From contig CAZBBK010000028.1 of the NCBI GenBank assembly GCA_964490075.1, forward strand, positions 1-64,000: DNA of 64,000 nt, read 5' to 3'. Below the pieces are notes generated by a model that worked only from the letters and a program-made list of their open reading frames with translations, ran no database searches and was not told the origin of the DNA. A program made the translations under genes and the position numbers. How positions within the stretch are numbered: position 1 is the first letter of the stretch; each line of letters begins with the position of its first letter. Source of the DNA: an uncultured Gemmatimonadota bacterium (GTDB lineage Bacteria; GCA-2686955). Shown here piece after piece: positions 48,072-57,755 of this stretch.

Positions 48072-48277
48072 CCGCCGAACGATTCTACTGCGACCGCAAT
48101 GGACTGGTGGACCGGAGCGCCTGCGGGCTCTGCTTCGCGGCTGACGCGCAGCGCGCCGCCACCTACGTCACGCGAGCGATCTGCGCCTCGGCCCACGGCC
48201 GCTGGCTCGATGAAGGGCTCGTGACGCAACCGGCCCGAGTGCCGATCCTGATCCCGGTCGAGAGCCGGGTGGCCTGA
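48068..48277 (+). CDS. Small Cys-rich hypothetical protein (69 aa), putative metal-binding
   Basis: GGAGGA at 48053-48058; ATGA overlap with the receiver-gene stop; MTAERFYCDRNGLVDRSACGLCF...AICASAH; fills the gap to murF. Confidence 0.7.
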   Translation: MTAERFYCDRNGLVDRSACGLCFAADAQRAATYVTRAICASAHGRWLDEGLVTQPARVPILIPVESRVA

Positions 48278-48290
48278 GGAGGTCGCGATC

Positions 48291-49685
48291 GTGGCCTGGA
48301 CCGTCGCCGAGATCGCCGCCATCGCCAGGGGCGTGGTGCTGCGCGGGGACGCGTCCGCGACCCTCACCGGTGTCAGCATCGACAGCCGGCGCGTGACCCC
48401 CGGTGATCTCTTCGTGGCTTTGCCGGGGGAACAGAGCGACGGCCACGACCACGTCGACGCGGCTCTGGCCGCCGGCGCGGTCGCGGCGTGCGTGCGTCAT
48501 TCCTGGACGTCTCCGCACGCCGTGGAGGGGACGCTGCTCGGTGTCTCCGACCCGCTGGCGGCGCTGCAGAGCTGGGCCGAGGCCCACCTGCTGAGCCTGA
48601 CAGCGCGCACCGTCGGTGTGACCGGCAGCAACGGCAAGACCACCACCAAGGACCTGGCGCGCGTCGCTCTCGGGGGCGGGGCGCGGATCGGTGCCACCCT
48701 CGGCAACTACAACAACCAGATCGGCCTGCCGCTCTCGATCCTGGCCATGGGGCCCGAGGTGCGGATCGCGGTGCTGGAGATGGGGATGTCGACTCCCGGC
48801 GAGATCGCGCGCCTGGTCGAGATCGCCCCGCCGGAGGTGGCGGTGATCACCAACGTGGGGCCGGCCCACCTGGAGAGCCTGGGAAGCATCGAGGCGATCG
48901 CCCGCGCCAAGCTGGAGATCCTGAACCGCGCTCCGGCGCTCGCGCTGCTGCCCTGTGGCGCGCCGCGGCTGCTGGAACCGGCCCGCGAGCGGCTCGCCGC
49001 GGGACAGAGCCTGCGCACCTTCGGCACCCAGCCCGAGGCCGACTACCGGGCCACCGACATCGAGGCGACGGGCGCCGGGGGCACGCGCTTCCTGGTCAAC
49101 GGCAAGGGGCCGGTCGAGCTGCCGATCTTCGGCGTCCACAACGTGTTGAACGCTCTGGCGGCGATCGCCGTCGCGGAGCGCATGGGGCGCGCCTGGGACG
49201 AGATCCGCGCCGCCCTGGCGGCGGCCTCGCCGGCGCCGATGCGCTCGGAGTGGAGGCGGATCGGCGCCCTGCGTCTGATCAACGACGCCTACAACGCCAA
49301 CCCCGCCTCGATGGTCGCGGCGATCAAGTCCCTGGCCGCCACGCCGGCCCAGGGGCGGCGAGTGCTGGTGCTCGGCGACATGTTGGAGCTCGGGCCGCGC
49401 GCCGCTGAGCACCATCGCAGCGTCGGCCTGGCCGCCGATTCCGCCGGCATCGATCTGCTGCTGACGGTGGGAGAGCGGGCGGCCGAGATCAGCGCCGCGG
49501 CGAGCCGTCTGAGCGGCGCCGGACAGGCCCATCATTTCGCAGCAATAGGCGCGGCCGCCGAGTTTCTGGCCGGAGCCGGCGCGGCCGGCGACCTGGTGCT
49601 GATCAAGGCCTCGCGCGGCATGGCCCTGGAGGGGCTGATCGACGAGCTGGCGCTGATTCTGGGCGCCCGCGAGGGGGACGACTGA
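48291..49685 (+). CDS. murF: UDP-MurNAc-pentapeptide synthetase MurF
   Basis: IDSRRV, DGHDH, VTGSNGKTTTKD, NYNNQIGLP, LEMGM, NDAYNANP, LGDMLELG, IKASRGM. Confidence 0.97.
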   Translation: MAWTVAEIAAIARGVVLRGDASATLTGVSIDSRRVTPGDLFVALPGEQSDGHDHVDAALAAGAVAACVRHSWTSPHAVEGTLLGVSDPLAALQSWAEAHLLSLTARTVGVTGSNGKTTTKDLARVALGGGARIGATLGNYNNQIGLPLSILAMGPEVRIAVLEMGMSTPGEIARLVEIAPPEVAVITNVGPAHLESLGSIEAIARAKLEILNRAPALALLPCGAPRLLEPARERLAAGQSLRTFGTQPEADYRATDIEATGAGGTRFLVNGKGPVELPIFGVHNVLNALAAIAVAERMGRAWDEIRAALAAASPAPMRSEWRRIGALRLINDAYNANPASMVAAIKSLAATPAQGRRVLVLGDMLELGPRAAEHHRSVGLAADSAGIDLLLTVGERAAEISAAASRLSGAGQAHHFAAIGAAAEFLAGAGAAGDLVLIKASRGMALEGLIDELALILGAREGDD

Positions 49686-50779
49686 TGCTCTACCACCTGC
49701 TGGCACCGCTGGCGCCGCATTTCGCGTTGTTCAACGTCTTTCGCTATATCACCTTCCGCGCCACCTACGCGGCCGTCACCGCGCTGGTGGTCAGTCTGCT
49801 GCTGGGGCCCTGGGTGATCGAGCGCCTGCGCCGCTCGAGCTATCGCGAGTCGATCCGCAGCGAGGGGCCGGAGTCGCACCGCAGCAAGGCCGGGACGCCG
49901 ACCATGGGCGGCGTGCTGATCCTGATGGCGGTGCTCGGCTCGACCCTGCTCTGGGCCGACCTCACCAATCGCTCGGTGCTGCTGGTGCTGCTGGTCACAT
50001 CCGTGCTCGGCGGCGTCGGCTTCCTCGACGACCATCTCAAGAACGTGCGCCGTCTGCCGGAGGGACTGATCGCTCGCTACAAGCTGGTGGCGCAGGTCGC
50101 CCTGGGGCTGATCGTCGGCGCCGCGCTCTACTTCTGGCCCGAGAACCCCGCGCTGCACGACGCGACCACCGTCCCCTTCTTCAAGGTCCAGACCCTGACC
50201 CTGCACCTCTCCCTTCTCTATATCCCCTTCGTCACCTTCGTGATCACCGGCTCGTCCAACGCCGTCAACCTCACCGACGGACTGGACGGCCTGGCGATCG
50301 GCCTGGTGGCGATCGCCGCCACCGGCCTCGGGATCTTCGCCTACCTCACTGGTCACCAGGACTTCGCCGACTACCTCGGCCTGCATCACATCCCCAGCGC
50401 CGGCGAGCTGACGGTGTTCTGTTCGGCGCTGGCGGGGGCGTCGCTCGGCTTTCTCTACTACAACTGCCATCCCGCCGACGTCTTCATGGGCGACACCGGC
50501 TCCTTGCCGATCGGTGGGGCGCTGGGGGCGATGGCGGTGCTGCTCAAGCGGGAGCTGGTCTGGGCGGTGATCGGCGGTGTGTTCTTCGTCGAGACCCTGA
50601 GCGTGATCATCCAGGTCTGGTACTTCCGCCGCACAGGGGGCAAGCGTTTCTTTCGGATGGCGCCGATCCACCATCACTTCGAACAGCTCGGCTGGGCCGA
50701 GAATCGCGTCGTGGTGCGCTTCTGGCTGGCCGGCGTGTTGCTGCTCCTGGTGGCTCTCTCGACCCTCAAGGTGCAATGA
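49685..50779 (+). CDS. mraY: Phospho-MurNAc-pentapeptide transferase MraY
   Basis: YITFR, KAGTPTMGG, GFLDD, SNAVNLTDGLDGL, VFMGDTGSL, MAPIHHHFE. Confidence 0.98.
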   Translation: MLYHLLAPLAPHFALFNVFRYITFRATYAAVTALVVSLLLGPWVIERLRRSSYRESIRSEGPESHRSKAGTPTMGGVLILMAVLGSTLLWADLTNRSVLLVLLVTSVLGGVGFLDDHLKNVRRLPEGLIARYKLVAQVALGLIVGAALYFWPENPALHDATTVPFFKVQTLTLHLSLLYIPFVTFVITGSSNAVNLTDGLDGLAIGLVAIAATGLGIFAYLTGHQDFADYLGLHHIPSAGELTVFCSALAGASLGFLYYNCHPADVFMGDTGSLPIGGALGAMAVLLKRELVWAVIGGVFFVETLSVIIQVWYFRRTGGKRFFRMAPIHHHFEQLGWAENRVVVRFWLAGVLLLLVALSTLKVQ

Positions 50780-52086
50780 CCGACACTTTCCCCCCCAGGT
50801 TCGATGGCCGGCGGGTCTGCATCGTCGGCGCGGCCCGCAGCGGGCTGGCGGCGGCGCGCGCGGTGGCGGCGTGCGGGGGCGTGCCTTTCGTGACCGACTC
50901 GGCGCGCGGCGGGGAGCGGGAGCTCACGCGCTCCGGCTTCGAGTTCGAGCTCGGCGGGCATACGGCGGCGGCGCTGCGCGGCGTCGGTCTGGTGGTGGTC
51001 AGCCCCGGCGTGCCCTGGTCGGCCCCGCTGCTGGAGCGGGCCCGGGCGCGCGCCATCGAGGTGATCGCCGAGGTCGAGCTGGCCTGGCGCCTGACCCGCG
51101 CCACACTGGTCGGCATCACCGGATCGAACGGCAAGTCGACCACCACCGCGCTGGCCGCCCATCTGCTGCGGGCTCTGGGCCGCGACGCCGAGGCCTGCGG
51201 CAACATCGGCCGCCCGCTCTGCGATCTGGCACTGGACGCACCGGCCGAGCGCATTCTGGTGGCGGAGCTCTCGAGCTTTCAGCTCGAAGGCGTGGTCGAC
51301 TTCCGGCCACGGGTCTCGGCGCTGCTGAACCTGAGCCCCGATCACCTGGAGCGCCACGGCGGCTTCACCGGCTACGTCGAGGCCAAGACCGCCATCTTCC
51401 GGCGCGCTCGGCTGGGCGACCACGTGGTGCTCTCGGCGGTCGATCCGGCCACCCGGGCGCTGGCCCGGAGAGTTCCACCGGGGGTGCGGATTCGCCTGGT
51501 CGGGGCCGAGTTCCCACCCGATCCGGCGCTCGACGCCCTGGCCCTGCCGGGGACCCACAACCGTGCCAACGCCGCGGCGGCGCTGGCCATCGTGCGCTGC
51601 CTGGTTCCGGCCGCCGCGACTCCGACGCTCGAGGCCGCCTGCGCCTCTTTCCGCGCCCTGCCGCACCGCCAGGAGACGCTGGGCGAGCGCCAGCGGGTGC
51701 TCTACGTCAACGACTCCAAGGCGACCAATGTCGACTCGACCTGCATGGCGCTACGCACTTACGCCAAGGGCGTGATCTGGATCGCTGGCGGCCGCGACAA
51801 GGGATCCGACCTGCGGCCTCTGGTGGAAGCGGCGCGCGGTCGGGTGCTGCGCGCACTGCTGATCGGTGAGGCGGCGCGGCGCCTGGCTGGGGCCCTGGAG
51901 GAAGCGATCGAGGTCGAGCAAGTCGGCACGCTCGACGCCGCGATCACCCGCGCCCGCGCCATCGCCCGGCCGGGAAATGTGGTGCTGCTTTCGCCCGCCT
52001 GCTCATCCTACGACCAGTTCGCCGACTTCGAGCAACGCGGCGAGGCCATGCGCACGTTGATCGGCGCCGCGGGAGAGGGCTCATGA
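50776..52086 (+). CDS. murD: UDP-MurNAc-L-Ala:D-Glu ligase MurD
   Basis: GAARSG, VSPGVP, ITGSNGKSTTT, ELSSFQL, LNLSPDHLERH, NDSKATN, LSPACSSYDQF. Confidence 0.96.
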   Translation: MTDTFPPRFDGRRVCIVGAARSGLAAARAVAACGGVPFVTDSARGGERELTRSGFEFELGGHTAAALRGVGLVVVSPGVPWSAPLLERARARAIEVIAEVELAWRLTRATLVGITGSNGKSTTTALAAHLLRALGRDAEACGNIGRPLCDLALDAPAERILVAELSSFQLEGVVDFRPRVSALLNLSPDHLERHGGFTGYVEAKTAIFRRARLGDHVVLSAVDPATRALARRVPPGVRIRLVGAEFPPDPALDALALPGTHNRANAAAALAIVRCLVPAAATPTLEAACASFRALPHRQETLGERQRVLYVNDSKATNVDSTCMALRTYAKGVIWIAGGRDKGSDLRPLVEAARGRVLRALLIGEAARRLAGALEEAIEVEQVGTLDAAITRARAIARPGNVVLLSPACSSYDQFADFEQRGEAMRTLIGAAGEGS

Positions 52087-53255
52087 GGGGATTGCACTCG
52101 TGGCTCGCCCGCACCCGGGATCAGCTGAGCGACCCGCTGGTGGGACGCATCTTCTTCGTCAGCGTGGTGCTCCTGCTGCTCGGTACGGGCTTCGTCTTCA
52201 GTGCCTCCTCCGCCCGCGCGGTGCGCGACTATGGGGACTCCTACTTCTTCGTGCGCGAGCATTTCTGGCGCGTGATCGCGGCGCTCGGGTTCTGCCTCGC
52301 GATCTCGGCGATCGACTATCACCATCTGAAGCGCGCCGGCAAGGCGGCGTGCGCATTGTCGCTGGTGGTCCTGGTGGCGATGTTGATGCTGCCCACCTCG
52401 GTGGTGCCGGAGATCAACGGCGCGCGGCGTTGGCTCGACCTGCAGATCGTGCCGCGCCTGCAGCCCTCGGAGTTCGCGCGGTTGGCGATTCTGCTCTACC
52501 TGGCGGAGTTCCTGTCGCGCAAGGGCGATTCGGTGCGGGACTTCTGGAACGGCGTGCTGCCGGCGATGGTGGCCGGAACGATGGTCGCCGCGGTGGTGCT
52601 GGCGGGACGCGATCTGGGCACCGCGATCACCCTCGGCGCGCTGGTCTGGAGCATGATCTGGCTCGGCGGCGCGCGCCACCGGCACATGCTGGCGGCCGGC
52701 GCGGTCGGCCTGGCGGCGGCGGCCTGCGCGATCTATCTCTCGCCCTACCGGCGTCTGCGCTGGACCGCCCATATCACGGGCGATGCCGACCCCCTGGGTG
52801 CCGGCTACCACGCCCACCAGTCGCTGATCGGCCTGGCCGGAGGGGGCTGGTTCGGCGAGGGGATCGGTCAGTCGTGGCAGAAGCATTTTTTCCTGCCGGA
52901 GGCCCACACCGATTTCGTGTTCGCGATCGTCGGCGAGGAGATCGGTTTCTTCGGCGCGACCGGTGTGCTGGTCCTCTACGGCTGGCTGGCCTGGCTCTGC
53001 CTGCAGGCCGCACGCCGCGCAAACGACGATTTCGGTCGCTATCTGGCGCTGGGCGCCGGGGTGTCGCTGGTTCTCAATACCCTGCTTCACGCCGCGGTGG
53101 TCTCGGCTCTGATCCCGCCCACCGGAGTGCCGATGCCGCTGCTCTCCTACGGTGGCTCCTCGCTGATCGCGACGATGATCTCGCTCGGCATGGTGATGAG
53201 TGTCGCGGCGCGGGGCAAGGTCGTTCCGGTCCCCGGCAAAGCGAGGAGCGGGTGA
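52083..53255 (+). CDS. ftsW: Peptidoglycan polymerase FtsW (SEDS)
   Basis: FSASS, NGARRW, LQPSEF, DLGT, FLPEAHTDFVFAIVGEEIG, PPTGVPMPLLSYGGSS. Confidence 0.96.
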   Translation: MRGLHSWLARTRDQLSDPLVGRIFFVSVVLLLLGTGFVFSASSARAVRDYGDSYFFVREHFWRVIAALGFCLAISAIDYHHLKRAGKAACALSLVVLVAMLMLPTSVVPEINGARRWLDLQIVPRLQPSEFARLAILLYLAEFLSRKGDSVRDFWNGVLPAMVAGTMVAAVVLAGRDLGTAITLGALVWSMIWLGGARHRHMLAAGAVGLAAAACAIYLSPYRRLRWTAHITGDADPLGAGYHAHQSLIGLAGGGWFGEGIGQSWQKHFFLPEAHTDFVFAIVGEEIGFFGATGVLVLYGWLAWLCLQAARRANDDFGRYLALGAGVSLVLNTLLHAAVVSALIPPTGVPMPLLSYGGSSLIATMISLGMVMSVAARGKVVPVPGKARSG

Positions 53256-54418
53256 TGCGGGTGCTCTTCGCCGGCGGCGGTACCGGAGGACATGTCTACC
53301 CGGCCCTGGCGGTCGCCGAGTTCATGGCCGGCGCCGAGATGCTCTTCGTCGGCTCGCAGCGCGGAATCGAGGAGGGGATCGTGCGCGGTGCCGGTCTGGA
53401 GTATCGGGGTCTGCCGATCGAGGGGCTGCACCGGCGCCTGACGGCCGAAAATCTGTTGTTTCCGGTGCGCCTGGCGACGGCCCTGGCGGCGGCCTGGGCC
53501 CTGGTGCGTGCTTTTCGGCCGCAGGTGGTGCTGGGGACCGGCGGATTCGCCAGCGCTCCGCCGGTGCTGGCGGCGCAGCTGCGCGGGGTGCCGACGCTGC
53601 TCCAGGAACAGAATGCCTATCCCGGAGTGACCACGCGGCTGCTGGCGCGGCGCGCATGCGAGGTGCACATCGCCTTCCAGGAGGCGGCGGCACGGTTGCC
53701 GCGCAGCGCCGAAGCACGCACCCGGCTGACCGGCAATCCGGTGCGCGGCTCGCTGGTCGAGCGCCTTGGCGCTGCCGGCTCCCGCGCGCAGGGAGCGGCG
53801 GAGCGGCGCGCCGCGCGGGCACGAATCGAGGGGCTCGATGCCGACCTGCCGGTGGTTCTGGTGTTCGGCGGCAGCCAGGGCTCGCGCCTGCTCAATACCG
53901 CGCTGGCGGCCTTCCTGGAGGCGGGTCCGGATGCCGTGACGATCCCGTTCCAGATCCTCTGGGCCACCGGGCGCAAGCTCCACCAGGAGGTACTGGAGCG
54001 TCAGCTTCCGGCCGAGCCGGCGCTGCCCGTGCAAGTGCGTCCCTACCTGGAGGAGATCTCGGTGGCCTATGCCGCGGCCGACCTGGTGGTTTGTCGGGCA
54101 GGGGCGATCACCTGCGCGGAGCTGGCCCTGGTCGGCCGGCCGGCGCTGCTGGTGCCGCTGGCGTCGGCGGCCGGCGACCACCAGGGCCACAACGCAGCCG
54201 CCCTCGCCGGGGCCGGGGCGGCACGGATGCTGGAAGAGCGCCGGCTGCGCGAGGGCGCCGCCGGAGGCCGCGAGCTGGGGCGGATGATCGGCGAGCTGAT
54301 GGCCGACCGTGCCGCGTTGGAGAGGATGGCGGGCGCCGCACGCGCCCTGGCACGCCCCGATGCCGCACGCACCATCTCGGAGCGGCTGCGGGCGCTGGCC
54401 GGAGGAGCGCGATCATGA
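53255..54418 (+). CDS. murG: Lipid II synthase MurG
   Basis: AGGGTGGHVYP, GTGGFAS, EQNAYPG, TGNPVR, FGGSQGS, CRAGA, HQGHNA. Confidence 0.97.
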   Translation: MRVLFAGGGTGGHVYPALAVAEFMAGAEMLFVGSQRGIEEGIVRGAGLEYRGLPIEGLHRRLTAENLLFPVRLATALAAAWALVRAFRPQVVLGTGGFASAPPVLAAQLRGVPTLLQEQNAYPGVTTRLLARRACEVHIAFQEAAARLPRSAEARTRLTGNPVRGSLVERLGAAGSRAQGAAERRAARARIEGLDADLPVVLVFGGSQGSRLLNTALAAFLEAGPDAVTIPFQILWATGRKLHQEVLERQLPAEPALPVQVRPYLEEISVAYAAADLVVCRAGAITCAELALVGRPALLVPLASAAGDHQGHNAAALAGAGAARMLEERRLREGAAGGRELGRMIGELMADRAALERMAGAARALARPDAARTISERLRALAGGARS

Positions 54419-56847
54419 CCAGGGCAAGGCCGCGGACCTCGCCGCGCTCGCAGCGCACCCGCGCCGAGCACTCGCTCTTCGGCAGCGTGCGCCGCATCCA
54501 CCTGGTGGGGATCGGCGGCACCGGCATGTGCGGCATCGCCGAAGTGTTGCTGAACCTCGGCTTCACCGTGACCGGCACCGACCTCGGCTCCACCGAGGTG
54601 ACGAATCGTCTCGAGGCGCTGGGTGCTCGCATCGCCCACGACCACCACAGTCCCCTGGTGCTCGACGCCGACGTTGTGGTGGTCTCGACGGCGATTGGGC
54701 CGGACAACCCGGAGCTGCGGGCCGCGCGCGAGCGCGCGCTGCCGGTGATTCGCCGTGCCGAGATGCTGGCGGAGCTGATGCGTATGAAGCGCGGCATCGC
54801 CGTCGGTGGTTCGCACGGCAAGACCACCGTCAGCTCCATGGCCGGCGGGGTGCTGATCGAAGGTGGGCTCGATCCGACCGTGGTGGTGGGGGGGCGGGTC
54901 AAGCGCCTGGGGTCGAACGCGCGGGTCGGCGCCGGCGACACCATGGTGGTGGAGGCCGACGAGTCGGACGGTACTTTTCTGCACCTACAGCCGACGATCG
55001 CGATCGTCACCAACATCGACTGGGAGCACGTCGACTACTACGCCGACCTCGACCAGACCCTGGACGCCTTCGTCCACTTCGCCAACGGTGTTCCCTTCTA
55101 CGGCGCCGTGGTCCTTTGCCTGGACGATCCCAACGCGCGGCTGGCGATTCCACGCATCACGCGCCGCATCCTGACCTACGGGCTGGAGCCGGGCGCCGAC
55201 CTGGTGGCGACCAAGGTGCGCGCCATCGAGGGCGGCTCGCGTTTCGAGCTGGTGTGGCAGGGCGACACCCTGGGAAGCTGCGATCTGGCGGTTCCCGGAA
55301 GACACAATATCGCCAACGCGCTGGCCGCCGCCACCGTGGGGCTCGAGCTGGGCCTCGACGCCGCCGACATCTTTCGCGGGCTGGAGAGCTTCTCCGGAGT
55401 GGCGCGCCGCCTGGAGCGTCGCGGAGAGAGCCGAGGGGTGGTGGTCTACGACGACTATGCGCACCACCCGCGCGAAATCGAAGCGACGCTGCGGGCCCTT
55501 CGCGAGCAGTGGCCCGGACGCGTGGTGGCGGTGTTTCAGCCGCACCGTTACAGCCGGGCGGAAGCCCTGGCGGACGACTTCGGTCGCTCCTTCTACGGCG
55601 CCGACAGCCTGATCGTGGTGCCGATCTACCCCGCCGGCGAAGAGCCGCGAGAGGGGATCGACGCCTCGATGTTGGCCGGCAAGTGTCGCGCTTATGGCCA
55701 CAAAGACGTGCACCTGGCCGACGATCTCGAGGCCGCCGCGGCGACCTTGGCGGCCAGCGCTGCGGCCGGCGACCTGGTGATCACCTTGGGGGCCGGATCG
55801 GTGTGGCGGGTCGGGTCGACGCTCCTGGAGCTGCTCGCGCGCCAGCCGGCGGCGAGCGTCGCTTCCGGCGGCGAGGGAAGCGCCGCGGCACCCGCGGTGC
55901 ATGCCCCTTCGGCCGACGCACGCGCCCTGGTGGCCGATCTCGAGGGAGAGGCGCTGCCAGAGCATTCTCTGGAACGGTGCACCTCGCTGCGCCTCGGGGG
56001 ACCCGCCGAAGTGCTCTTCGTGCCGGCATCCGCCGCTGCCGCCGCCGAGGCGATCAGCCGCGCACTGGCCGCCGAGCTGCCGGTGACGACGATCGGAGGC
56101 GGCACCAATCTGCTGATCGCCGAGCGCGGCGTGCGCGGCCTGGTTCTGTCGCTGGGTGGGGCATTCCGCGGCATCTCGATCGAAAGCGAGGCCCGGGTGC
56201 TATGTGGCGCCGCGGCGCCGCTGGCGAAGGTCATGCGCGACACTCTGCGCGCCGGACTGGTGGGCATGGAGCCACTGGCCGGAGTACCCGGTTCGCTGGG
56301 AGGGGCGCTGGTCATGAACGCCGGAACGCGCGACGGAGAGATCGGCGATCTGGTGGTGGCGGTGCGCGGTGTCGATGCCGCCGGTCGCCTGGTCGAGGTG
56401 GCCGGAAATGATCTCGCCTTCGGCTATCGTCGCTCCGCCGTGGCCGAGCTCGGTCTCACCCTGCTCGAAGTGGAGCTGGCACTGGAGGAGGGAGATTCGG
56501 CGGCGGCACTGGAGCGAGCCCGCGAGCTGCGCGATTATCGCAACGCCACCCAGCCGCACAAAGTGCGCTCCGCCGGCTCGGTGTTCAAGAATCCGCCCGG
56601 CGACGCCGCCGGCAGGTTGATCGATTCCTGTGGACTCAAGAGCTCGACCCTCGGCGGGGCGCGGGTATCGCCGGTCCATGCCAACTTCCTGGTGGCCGAG
56701 ACGGGCTGCTCCTCGCGACACATGGCGCGCCTGATCGAACGCTGCCGGCGCGCGGTCTGGAAGCAGCACGGCATCGCCTTGGAGCTGGAGATCCGACCCC
56801 TGGGCTTCGCCGCCGGCGAGCTGCCCCCGACCTGGAGCGGGCGATGA
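54415..56847 (+). CDS. murC-murB: Bifunctional MurC-MurB fusion (810 aa)
   Basis: MurC motifs GIGGTGMCG, GSHGKTT, EADESDG, DDYAHHP, FQPHRYSR, TLGAG; Ala-rich linker; MurB motifs TSLRLGGPA, GGGTNLL, PGSLGGALVMNAG, FGYRRS, SAGSVFKNP, HANF, LELE; one frame, no stop. Confidence 0.93.
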   Translation: MTRARPRTSPRSQRTRAEHSLFGSVRRIHLVGIGGTGMCGIAEVLLNLGFTVTGTDLGSTEVTNRLEALGARIAHDHHSPLVLDADVVVVSTAIGPDNPELRAARERALPVIRRAEMLAELMRMKRGIAVGGSHGKTTVSSMAGGVLIEGGLDPTVVVGGRVKRLGSNARVGAGDTMVVEADESDGTFLHLQPTIAIVTNIDWEHVDYYADLDQTLDAFVHFANGVPFYGAVVLCLDDPNARLAIPRITRRILTYGLEPGADLVATKVRAIEGGSRFELVWQGDTLGSCDLAVPGRHNIANALAAATVGLELGLDAADIFRGLESFSGVARRLERRGESRGVVVYDDYAHHPREIEATLRALREQWPGRVVAVFQPHRYSRAEALADDFGRSFYGADSLIVVPIYPAGEEPREGIDASMLAGKCRAYGHKDVHLADDLEAAAATLAASAAAGDLVITLGAGSVWRVGSTLLELLARQPAASVASGGEGSAAAPAVHAPSADARALVADLEGEALPEHSLERCTSLRLGGPAEVLFVPASAAAAAEAISRALAAELPVTTIGGGTNLLIAERGVRGLVLSLGGAFRGISIESEARVLCGAAAPLAKVMRDTLRAGLVGMEPLAGVPGSLGGALVMNAGTRDGEIGDLVVAVRGVDAAGRLVEVAGNDLAFGYRRSAVAELGLTLLEVELALEEGDSAAALERARELRDYRNATQPHKVRSAGSVFKNPPGDAAGRLIDSCGLKSSTLGGARVSPVHANFLVAETGCSSRHMARLIERCRRAVWKQHGIALELEIRPLGFAAGELPPTWSGR

Positions 56848-57755
56848 GACGCGTCAAGAAAGCGCGGCGAACCATGCAGATGCAAACGATGGCGCGGCCG
56901 CGGCGCCCCGCGCGGCGCCGGATCTCTGCGCCGGCGAATCCCCTGCGGCGCCTCGCGCGACTCCCCGCGCGCCTGCCCCCAGCGCTGCGCAGGGCGGCGG
57001 CGGCGGCGTGCGCGCTCGTGCTGCTGGCGGCTGCTCTGGGAGCCGCGGCCGATGCCGCCTCCGAGCCTCTGCGGGCGGAGCTGCACGACGCAGCCTGGCT
57101 GAGGGTGCGCGGAATCGCGGTGCGCGGAACCTGCACTCTGAACCCGGAGCAAGTGCGGGCCGCCCTGCCCGGCGTGACCGGCACCCATATCTTCGTCGCC
57201 AACTGCGACAGTCTCGCGGAGCGGGTGGAAGGAATCGAGCGCGTGCTCAGTGCACGCGTGACTCGCAATCTGCTGCTTCGTAGAATCGATGTTTGCGTCG
57301 AGGAACGGACCGCGGTAGCATTGGCGCTCGATGCCGCGGGACGCCCGCAGGAAATCGACGCCACCGGAGTTTTTTTGCCGATCGATCCCGACCGAGTAGA
57401 ACGAGATCTGGTGTTCCTCGTCGGCACCGCGGAAGGTGGTGTCGCCGGAATCGAGGCCGGTTTGGCGGTGATCCAGGCGCTGCGCGTGCGGGGACTCGAA
57501 GTGTTGCTGAGTGAGCTCGACGTCTCCGATCCGGCCTTCCCGGTCGGTGTCGAAGTCGCGACCGGTACCCGGGTCGAGTTTTCCGATCGCTACCCCGCCG
57601 CGCGCCAGGCCGAGCACCTGGCGGTGGTGCTGCAGACGATCGGAGAGAAGAACCTGATCCCCGAGCGAATCGATTTGCGTTTCCCGGGTCTGGTCGAGGT
57701 CATCCCGAAGAATCAGGCGGACGGGCCCCCGCCCGCGCGCCAGGAGAGGGGGTGA
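56844..57755 (+). CDS. ftsQ: Cell division protein FtsQ/DivIB
   Basis: Basic N-terminus, TM helix, POTRA-like LRVRGIAVRG...IDVCVEER, C-terminal IDLRF; directly before ftsA. Confidence 0.8.
   Translation: MRRVKKARRTMQMQTMARPRRPARRRISAPANPLRRLARLPARLPPALRRAAAAACALVLLAAALGAAADAASEPLRAELHDAAWLRVRGIAVRGTCTLNPEQVRAALPGVTGTHIFVANCDSLAERVEGIERVLSARVTRNLLLRRIDVCVEERTAVALALDAAGRPQEIDATGVFLPIDPDRVERDLVFLVGTAEGGVAGIEAGLAVIQALRVRGLEVLLSELDVSDPAFPVGVEVATGTRVEFSDRYPAARQAEHLAVVLQTIGEKNLIPERIDLRFPGLVEVIPKNQADGPPPARQERG

Noticed and set aside
52100-54418. Apparent long N-terminal extensions or fusions on MurG (772 aa), MurC (1215 aa), RsmH (506 aa), PglF (743 aa) and the receiver protein (356 aa)
   Set aside because: The extensions are alternative-frame read-through of upstream genes. 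Each real gene starts at an overlap with the previous stop codon. Only the MurC-MurB fusion is supported.
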